Shown: piece by piece, positions 9,841 through 16,249 of the stretch
Layout: each line of letters opens with the position of its first letter
How positions within the stretch are numbered: position 1 is the stretch's first letter
Source: an uncultured Clostridia bacterium
GTDB taxonomy: Bacteria; Bacillota; Clostridia; Christensenellales; UBA1242
DNA: 48,039 bases
Assembly (NCBI GenBank): GCA_944350095.1
Contig: CALVOB010000033.1
Span: 1 to 48,039, forward strand
Direction: 5' to 3'
The notes under the pieces: generated by a model
Told to the model about the DNA's origin: nothing
What the model saw: the letters and a program-made list of their open reading frames with translations, nothing else
Databases searched by the model: none
Made by a program: the position numbers and the translations under genes

Positions 9841-11337
9841 ATGAGAGTTATTCCTAGAAGAACCAAAGTTAAAATGGAGTTTTTTAAAAATGTTACCTTA
9901 GGTGACATTATTCTTGCTTTTATAGGCGTGGCGGTAGGCTTAGGCTTATTTTTAAGTGGGCTTCCAAATAATCTTGGAATTTGGCTCGGAATAGCTTGGG
10001 TAGCTATAATTGTAAGTTTGTATTTTAAAGTTGCAGATGATGTTAGATTATATCAAACACTTGGTTATGCTATAAGATTTTTAGCTCAAAAAAAGAAATA
10101 TGCAAAAGAAAAAATTAAAAAATTCTATCCTGTTTCTGAAATAATACCTTTTGTTGATATCTATCAAGATAGATTTATTGATTTCAAAGAATACTATGGC
10201 ATGGTTGTAGAAGTTTATCCGTTGGAATTTGGGTTACTTAATGAATATAAACAAGAAATGGTAATAGAAACTTTTGCTAATGCTTTAAGAAGATTATCTG
10301 ATGAGCAAACTGCTTCCATTGTTAAATTAAATAAAGCTATGATTTTAGACTCTTATATTTATAATGAAGATAAAAAGTATGATAATCTTTTAGAGCTTCA
10401 ATATGAGGGGGAAATTAAACCAGAGGAAGTTGAAGTTCGTGCTGGTGTGTTTGAAGAAAGAGTTTCTAGAATGGAAACTATGAACCGTGATGAAAAAATT
10501 TTTAAAGACCATTTTTATGTTGTTGTTTATGATAAAGATAAAGAGCTTTTAGAAAATACAATAAATGGTATAATGAGCACACTTCAAAATTCACCTACAC
10601 CAATGCACACAGAAAGAATAGTTGGTAACGATTTAGCAGTTTTTCTTCGTGCTACATTTGGAAAAGAGTTTGACGAGCGTGAACTTGAAAGCTTGCCGTT
10701 TTCAAAACATGTTGATTGGGCTACACCTAATAAAATAAGATTTCAGGCTAGCAGAGTTATTATAGACGACAAACCTTATAGACAATTTGTTATAAGCGAT
10801 TATCCACTTCAAGTTCCAAATGCTTGGGGATATCCATTTTATAGGCTTGATAGAACAAGAGTTATAACAAAAATTAAACCTGTTCAAAAATTTAAAGCAG
10901 AGCGTGCATTAGATAAAGCCATAATGGAAATGGAAACAAAAGTTGCAAAAGTGGCTAGAAGTAGTAGACAAATTGAAAATCAAACACACCTTCAAACTTT
11001 AAGGGAGTTACTTGCAGGTTTAAAAAACAATAACCAACAACTTTATGATGTAAATATTTTTATTACATGTGAAGAACCTGCAAGAAAAGAGGTTAGAGCT
11101 ATCTTAAAGCAACAAGGATTTAAATATTCCGAAATGTTTGGTCGTCAAGTTGATGCATTTATTAGCTCAAATATTTCTATGAGAGATAATGTGGAAAATA
11201 CCAAACGCGGAATACCAACAACAACTTTGGCTGCTATTTTCCCATTTGTATCAAGTGCACTTCAAGACCCTAATGGTTTCTATATTGGATATAACGAATT
11301 CCCTGTGTTTGTAGATTTCTTTAAAAGAGATAGGTAA
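9841..11337 (+). CDS. VirB3-like TM segment plus VirB4/TrsE-family N-terminal domain (upstream part of a split conjugation-type ATPase)
   Basis: 498 aa. Two N-terminal TM helices (PrgI/VirB3-like), then a soluble domain. Ends at TAA 11335-11337, in frame with the next ORF and just before its P-loop. Confidence 0.65.
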   Translation: MRVIPRRTKVKMEFFKNVTLGDIILAFIGVAVGLGLFLSGLPNNLGIWLGIAWVAIIVSLYFKVADDVRLYQTLGYAIRFLAQKKKYAKEKIKKFYPVSEIIPFVDIYQDRFIDFKEYYGMVVEVYPLEFGLLNEYKQEMVIETFANALRRLSDEQTASIVKLNKAMILDSYIYNEDKKYDNLLELQYEGEIKPEEVEVRAGVFEERVSRMETMNRDEKIFKDHFYVVVYDKDKELLENTINGIMSTLQNSPTPMHTERIVGNDLAVFLRATFGKEFDERELESLPFSKHVDWATPNKIRFQASRVIIDDKPYRQFVISDYPLQVPNAWGYPFYRLDRTRVITKIKPVQKFKAERALDKAIMEMETKVAKVARSSRQIENQTHLQTLRELLAGLKNNNQQLYDVNIFITCEEPARKEVRAILKQQGFKYSEMFGRQVDAFISSNISMRDNVENTKRGIPTTTLAAIFPFVSSALQDPNGFYIGYNEFPVFVDFFKRDR

Positions 11338-11352
11338 AGAGTTAATAGTAAT

Positions 11353-12468
11353 ATGATGATTATAGGAAAATCTGGTTCTGGTAAATCCTATGCTACTAAA
11401 ACACTACTTGCTAACTTTGCCGCGGATAATACAAAGGTGTTTATTCTTGACCCAGAAGATGAATATACTCAGCTATCTAAAAACCTTAGAGGTAAATGGA
11501 TTGATGTAGGTTCTTCTGCAATGGGAATTATAAATCCTTTCCATATTATCACTTCTCTTGAAGCCGATGAGGGTGGAGATGATGATTCTTATTCTATCCA
11601 CTTACAGTTTTTGGAACAATTCTTTAAAGTTATTATGGAAGGAATGAATAGTGAATCATTTGAAATTTTAAACTCTGCGGTTGTAGAAGTTTATAAGCAA
11701 AAGGGAATTGGCCCTGGGGTAGAACTTTCTAAGCTTAAACCTGAAGATTTCCCTATATTTGATGATTTATATAAGTATATATTAAACAAAATTGACACAG
11801 CAAAAACTGAGTACGAAAGAAAGAACTACATGACAGTTGAAACTTATGTTAAAAAGTTTGCTAGCGGAGGAAGAAACTCTAATCTTTGGAATGGTCCAAC
11901 TAGTATGGAAACAAAAGAAAATTTTGTTACATTCAATTTCCGTTCTCTTCTTGCAAACAGAAACCAAGTTATAGCAAACGCTCAAATGCTTCTTGTATTC
12001 AAATATCTTGATAACGAAATTATAAAAAACAAGGATTTTAATGAAAGGTTTAATATAAAGCGTAAAATAGTTATAGCTGTTGATGAAGCGCACGTTTTCA
12101 TTAATCCAAACTATCCAATAGCGCTAGATTTCATGGCGCAAATGGCAAAGCGTATTCGTAAGTATAATGGAATGCAAATTGTTATTACGCAAAATATTAA
12201 GGACTTCGTTGGTTCACAAGAAATTCAGCGTCAGTCTACCGCGGTTATTAACGCCAGCCAATATTCATTTATTTTCTCGCTTTCACCAAACGATATGAAC
12301 GACTTAGTAGAGCTTTATAGAAAGTCTGGTGAAATTAATGAGGAAGAGCAAAATAGCATTGTTACCGCAGGTGTAGGTCAGGCTTTCTTGATTACAGGAC
12401 CTATGAGTAGAACAATGGTGCAGATTGTTGCTTATGACTATGTAAAAAGAATTTTTAGTCAAGATTAA
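11353..12468 (+). CDS. VirB4/AAA_10-type ATPase domain (downstream part of split gene)
   Basis: 371 aa. Walker A IIGKSGSGKSY, ILDPEDEY, Walker B IAVDEAHVF. Same frame as 9841 (11353-9841 = 1512 = 3x504). Confidence 0.75.
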   Translation: MMIIGKSGSGKSYATKTLLANFAADNTKVFILDPEDEYTQLSKNLRGKWIDVGSSAMGIINPFHIITSLEADEGGDDDSYSIHLQFLEQFFKVIMEGMNSESFEILNSAVVEVYKQKGIGPGVELSKLKPEDFPIFDDLYKYILNKIDTAKTEYERKNYMTVETYVKKFASGGRNSNLWNGPTSMETKENFVTFNFRSLLANRNQVIANAQMLLVFKYLDNEIIKNKDFNERFNIKRKIVIAVDEAHVFINPNYPIALDFMAQMAKRIRKYNGMQIVITQNIKDFVGSQEIQRQSTAVINASQYSFIFSLSPNDMNDLVELYRKSGEINEEEQNSIVTAGVGQAFLITGPMSRTMVQIVAYDYVKRIFSQD

Positions 12469-12487
12469 AAAAATGTTTAAAACCCTC

Positions 12488-12516
12488 TTGAAATTGTGGT
12501 ATTATAGTGATATAAT
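12488..12516 (+). promoter_or_regulatory. consensus sigma-70 promoter in front of the 594-aa gene
   Basis: TTGAAA (12488-12493), 17-nt spacer, TATAAT (12511-12516). Confidence 0.5.
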
Positions 12517-12541
12517 ACTTACAAGTAGTAGGAGGGTTTTT

Positions 12542-14326
12542 ATGTTGTATAAAGACTTAATGACAAAAGATACTTATACTGATTTACAAGATTATCTTGA
12601 ACTAGGAGAAGATGCAATCACTTTGATGGGCTATGATAGATCTAGAAGCGTAGATGGAACAAAACTTATAAAAAGGTTTCAAACTACTGCTGACCCAGAG
12701 CTTATGGGAATGGTTAATTCTTTTTCTGGTGATGATGTCATGATTGGTGTGCCAAAGTATGCAGATCGTGGATACTCTTCTTTTGTTGTAAGAGATAAAT
12801 CTTTATCAATCAGGTATCCTTTAACAGGAACTGTTGGAGCTGTTAAGAAATATTTTACACAAAGTGAAAAAACATGCCCTAATTTTAAAAGTGTAATTAA
12901 TGAAATTGAAAGGGCTTTTAAAGTTAAAGTAAAAGATGATGAAAGAATTTCTAAGCCTATATCTTACTTTGGTGGTACAATAAGGCTTGCGGGAAGATTT
13001 GGTGGAGAAAAAGTTAGCGAAGCTGATAAATTAGTGCAAGTATTTAATTTGTTAGCTAAAAATGCAATAAAGGATAAATTCAAAAATACAACAAATCCTG
13101 ATAGAGTTAAATTTGCAACCGAACTTTTAACTACAATGTTTATTGCTGAAAGTTATGATTTAGGTGTTAACTTCAATAGAAAAATCGACAATGCTTTAAG
13201 GCTTCAACTATCTAACACCATAGCTGCTCTTGGAAATGCAAACAAGGAAACAATAAATTTAATTTCTTCACAAGCAGAAAAGGCTGTTGCAAAATTTTTG
13301 AAAAAGAGTGGAAAATCTCCAAGTGATATAGTTAAAACATTAACTAAGTTAGGTTATACTTATACAAAAAATCCAACAAATCTTTATGAAGTGCTTTTTG
13401 GAGAAAGAAAAAACTATATGTTTACACAGGAAGTTTCACAAAAAGATGCAGATGAAATTTTAGGAAAAGTTACTTATTACGACGAAACTCAAGAGGAAAA
13501 TAATTTTGCTAAAGATATGAAAAGAGAACAGGAAAAATACGATACTAAAAAACAAATTCCAGGAACTGAAACTATGATAAGGCTTGAAGGAGAAGAAAAA
13601 CCTTCAGAAAAATCTATTTTTGATTTTGCAGATGATATGGTAGATGAACTTGGAGAAGGGTTAAAAATAGACAAAAAAGTGCCAGATGTAATTCATTTAC
13701 CAGGTAAAGTGGAAGAAAAGCCAGATGTTATAATTCTTCCAGGGAAAGTTGAACCTAAATTGCCAGAAATAACATTAGAACAATTTGTAGCAAAACTTTT
13801 AGAAGAAAATGAAAATAAGGCTTATATTAAGGCTATTGAAGGTAAAATAGATCATAAAAAATCATTGTTTGGCGGGAAAACACAAGTTAAAGATGGAGTT
13901 TCAGAAAGAACTTTAAAAACTATTTTTGATAAAGCGGTTGTTAAAGAGCTTGAAAGTGCATGCAAGGAAATTGTAAGCCAATTTAGAAAAGAAAAAGGTC
14001 AAATTAAAGATGTGCTTTCAGATATATATAATCAACTTACTCACGCAAAACAATTCTTTGGAAAAAGTAGTGACAGAAAGGATATAAAAGCTGTAAGTGG
14101 AAAAATAGTTGAAGCTAAAAAAGTAAAACTTGGGCTTGTAAAACCTTTGGAAGAAAGAAGAAAAGAGTTTATTGAAGAAACAATGGCTTATCAAGATGCT
14201 TTAAGGGGATATGCTCCAACTGAAGATATTAAAGCTAAAATTAAATCTTTATCTGATGCTAAAAAGATTAAAGAAATGGTTAATCGTTATGTTCAATCTC
14301 AAAAAGATGCGGGAATTGAAAAGTAA
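12542..14326 (+). CDS. hypothetical soluble protein (594 aa), partner of the VirB4-like ATPase
   Basis: ATG 12542 lies 5 nt after SD AGGAGGG (12530-12536). The track's 12473 start lacks an SD and overlaps the promoter. No TM segment and no motif I recognise. Internal 13-aa tandem repeat PDVI(H/I)LPGKVE(E/P)K. Confidence 0.7.
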   Translation: MLYKDLMTKDTYTDLQDYLELGEDAITLMGYDRSRSVDGTKLIKRFQTTADPELMGMVNSFSGDDVMIGVPKYADRGYSSFVVRDKSLSIRYPLTGTVGAVKKYFTQSEKTCPNFKSVINEIERAFKVKVKDDERISKPISYFGGTIRLAGRFGGEKVSEADKLVQVFNLLAKNAIKDKFKNTTNPDRVKFATELLTTMFIAESYDLGVNFNRKIDNALRLQLSNTIAALGNANKETINLISSQAEKAVAKFLKKSGKSPSDIVKTLTKLGYTYTKNPTNLYEVLFGERKNYMFTQEVSQKDADEILGKVTYYDETQEENNFAKDMKREQEKYDTKKQIPGTETMIRLEGEEKPSEKSIFDFADDMVDELGEGLKIDKKVPDVIHLPGKVEEKPDVIILPGKVEPKLPEITLEQFVAKLLEENENKAYIKAIEGKIDHKKSLFGGKTQVKDGVSERTLKTIFDKAVVKELESACKEIVSQFRKEKGQIKDVLSDIYNQLTHAKQFFGKSSDRKDIKAVSGKIVEAKKVKLGLVKPLEERRKEFIEETMAYQDALRGYAPTEDIKAKIKSLSDAKKIKEMVNRYVQSQKDAGIEK

Positions 14327-14330
14327 ACTA

Positions 14331-14362
14331 AAATTCAACAGGAAAACCTGTTGAATTTTTTT
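14331..14362 (+). terminator. intrinsic terminator
   Basis: AAATTCAACAGG-aaaa-CCTGTTGAATTT followed by a T run. Perfect 12-bp stem. Confidence 0.8.
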
Positions 14363-14378
14363 AAAATTATGCTATAAT
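14351..14378 (+). promoter_or_regulatory. promoter for smpB-ssrA (probably leaderless smpB mRNA)
   Basis: TTGAAT (14351-14356), 16-nt spacer, TATAAT (14373-14378). The ATG lies 6 nt downstream and there is no SD. Confidence 0.5.
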
Positions 14379-14384
14379 ATATAT

Positions 14385-14831
14385 ATGATGAAGACTATTG
14401 CAGTTAATAAGAAAGCTCTTCATAATTATTTTATTTCAGATAATTTCGAGGCTGGAATAGTGTTAGAGGGAAGTGAAGTAAAATCAGTCAGAGAAGGCGG
14501 AATAAGCATAAATGAAGCTTTTATCCAAATTAAAGATGGTGAAGCTTTTTTAAAGAATGCTTATATTAAGCAATACGATAAAACTTCATCTTTTGCTCCA
14601 AATGAAAAGCGTACCAGAAAGCTTTTATTAAACAAGTCAGAAATATTAAAACTTTTTAAAAAATCAGAAGTTGCTGGTTGCACTCTTGTTCCTTTAAAAA
14701 TTTATATAAAAAATGGGCTGGTAAAACTTGAAGGCGGAGTTGGTAAAGGCAAAAAACTTTACGACAAGCGTGAGGACTTAAAAAATAAGTCTGCGGAAAT
14801 GGAAATTAGGCGTATTTCTAAAAAATTTTAA
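14385..14831 (+). CDS. smpB: SsrA-binding protein SmpB
   Basis: 148 aa. ..IAVNKKALHNYFI..FEAGIVLEGSEVKS..YDKRE.. matches the SmpB signature. Immediately upstream of tmRNA. Confidence 0.92.
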   Translation: MMKTIAVNKKALHNYFISDNFEAGIVLEGSEVKSVREGGISINEAFIQIKDGEAFLKNAYIKQYDKTSSFAPNEKRTRKLLLNKSEILKLFKKSEVAGCTLVPLKIYIKNGLVKLEGGVGKGKKLYDKREDLKNKSAEMEIRRISKKF

Positions 14832-14834
14832 CAT

Positions 14835-15190
14835 GGGGGCGAACAGGTTTCGACGGGGAAGTAGTAAAATTTGCATAAAGCGTGTGGCAGTGTGGATTCT
14901 GCCTTAAAAGCCACAAAAAAATAAACGCAGATTATAGCGAAAATTTAGTTGCTGCCTAAGCGCACAACACGCTTTCCTAAATGCGCACGAGTTTAGGGCA
15001 AAGCGTTCAAATTTCGTGAGCCTTTAAAACAAATTTAGTGCTGTTTTGTTTTAAAAAATTTTAAAGCGCTGGCAAAAGCATACTTGTTTATGATTATGTT
15101 TTTGTAAGATAAAAGAGCATAAACTACACATCGTAGAAAAGCAAATTTTGCCTTTTTCGGACGCGGGTTCAATTCCCGCCGCTTCCACCA
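14835..15190 (+). ncRNA. ssrA: transfer-messenger RNA (tmRNA)
   Basis: 5' GGGGGCG pairs with 3' CGCTTCC-ACCA (G3:U pair, alanine identity). T-arm GGACGCGGGTTCAATTCCCGCC. Tag ORF GCA GAT TAT AGC GAA AAT TTA GTT GCT GCC TAA (14927-14959) encodes (A)ADYSENLVAA. Confidence 0.9.
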
Positions 15191-15207
15191 ATTTTAATGG
15201 AGAAATT

Positions 15208-15675
15208 ATGCGAAAGATAAGAACAACACTTCTCTATATTATTAAAGATAACAAAATTTTACTTGCAGAGAAAAAACGCGGTTTTGGAGTTGGAAAATTA
15301 AATGGGGTTGGTGGCAAGATAGAAAATGACGAAAGTATAGAACAAGCTATGCTTCGTGAAACTATGGAGGAGATTGGTGTTACACCAATAGACTTTGAAC
15401 AACGCGCAACTATTCATTTTGACTTTTTTTATAAGGGTGAAAAAGAAAAGGAAGACACCTATGTTTTTGTTGCCTCTAATTATATTGGAGAGTTGATAGA
15501 AACAGAAGAAATGAAACCAAAATGGTTTGAGTTAAAAAATCTTCCATTTGAAAAAATGTTTTCAGATGACAGGCTGTGGCTTAATTCTTTAATAGAAGGA
15601 AAAAAATTTGAAGCAAACATAATATTAGATGAAAACTTTAATACAACAGATTTTAATATAAAATATATAAAATAA
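15208..15675 (+). CDS. Nudix hydrolase (MutT/8-oxo-dGTPase-like)
   Basis: Nudix box GGKIENDESIEQAMLRETMEEIGV. ATG 15208 follows GGAGA. The track's 15148 start lies inside the tmRNA 3' end. Confidence 0.85.
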   Translation: MRKIRTTLLYIIKDNKILLAEKKRGFGVGKLNGVGGKIENDESIEQAMLRETMEEIGVTPIDFEQRATIHFDFFYKGEKEKEDTYVFVASNYIGELIETEEMKPKWFELKNLPFEKMFSDDRLWLNSLIEGKKFEANIILDENFNTTDFNIKYIK

Positions 15676-15676
15676 A

Positions 15677-15707
15677 TATGTGCTAGCTTTTTGCTGGCAT
15701 TTTTTGT
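15677..15707 (+). terminator. probable intrinsic terminator after Nudix gene
   Basis: TGCTAGC-ttttt-GCTGGCA (one G-U pair) followed by TTTTTT. Confidence 0.5.
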
Positions 15708-15782
15708 TAAAACATTTTTTAGTAAGTATATGGATATAAATTTTATTAACTTATGTTAAATTTTAATTTCATTAATTTTTAT

Positions 15783-15811
15783 TTGTAAATTTGATATATA
15801 TTTAGTATAAT
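15783..15811 (+). promoter_or_regulatory. sigma-70-type promoter
   Basis: TTGTAA (15783-15788), 17-nt spacer, TATAAT (15806-15811). Confidence 0.5.
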
Positions 15812-15836
15812 AATATTATAAAAGGAGATAAAAATT

Positions 15837-16085
15837 TTGGAAAACAAATATGATACTCAGCTTTTAATTGAAGGTAAAAATTTGAATGAAGATAATATTC
15901 GTGAATATTTTAATACACACTTTAAAGGAGACTGTCTTTTAGTTGTAGGAGATGAGGAGTTAATAAAAATTCATTTTCATACAGACAGCCCTTGGGAAGT
16001 TCTAGAATATTGTTCTACATTAGGCGAAATCTTTGATATTGTGGTTGAAGATATGGATAGGCAATCTAGGGGATTACAAGGTTAA
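15837..16085 (+). CDS. stand-alone fragment homologous to the middle domain of fatty-acid kinase FakA/YloV (DAK2-family)
   Basis: 82 aa, TTG start 8 nt after AAGGAGA. ..GDCLLVVGDEELIKIHFHTDSPWEVLEYCSTLGEIFDIVVEDMDRQ resembles the GDSLvVvgde..vKvHvHT..P..vle....G.l..i.i.NM..Q block of YloV/FakA. The Dak2 and C-terminal domains are absent. Confidence 0.55.
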   Translation: MENKYDTQLLIEGKNLNEDNIREYFNTHFKGDCLLVVGDEELIKIHFHTDSPWEVLEYCSTLGEIFDIVVEDMDRQSRGLQG

Positions 16086-16104
16086 TGTTTTACAACTTAT
16101 CATA

Positions 16105-16139
16105 AAGCAGGCAAATTTTAACATTTTGCTTGCTTTTTT
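16105..16139 (+). terminator. intrinsic terminator
   Basis: AAGCAGGCAAA-ttttaacat-TTTGCTTGCTT (one G-U pair) followed by a T run. Confidence 0.7.
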
Positions 16140-16191
16140 CATAAATTTTCATGTTTTTATATCAAAATTTTAAAAATTTTTAAATAGGGTA

Positions 16192-16220
16192 TTGCAAATC
16201 CAATTAGCATGTGCTAAAAT
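16192..16220 (+). promoter_or_regulatory. sigma-70-type promoter (extended -10)
   Basis: TTGCAA (16192-16197), 17-nt spacer, TGc-TAAAAT (16212-16220). Confidence 0.55.
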
Positions 16221-16249
16221 GTAGGTACATTAAAAAAAGAGGTTAGTTT

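Noticed and set aside
9570-14384. The VirB4-like insertion as an integrative conjugative element or prophage remnant
   Set aside because: No integrase, relaxase, coupling protein, VirB6/VirB1 analogues, phage genes or flanking direct repeats are visible. It is kept only as an alternative explanation in the finding.
15148-15207. N-terminal extension of the Nudix ORF (track start 15148)
   Set aside because: The extension is the tmRNA T-arm and acceptor 3' end read as protein (..DAGSIPAAST..). The true start at 15208 has a GGAGA SD.
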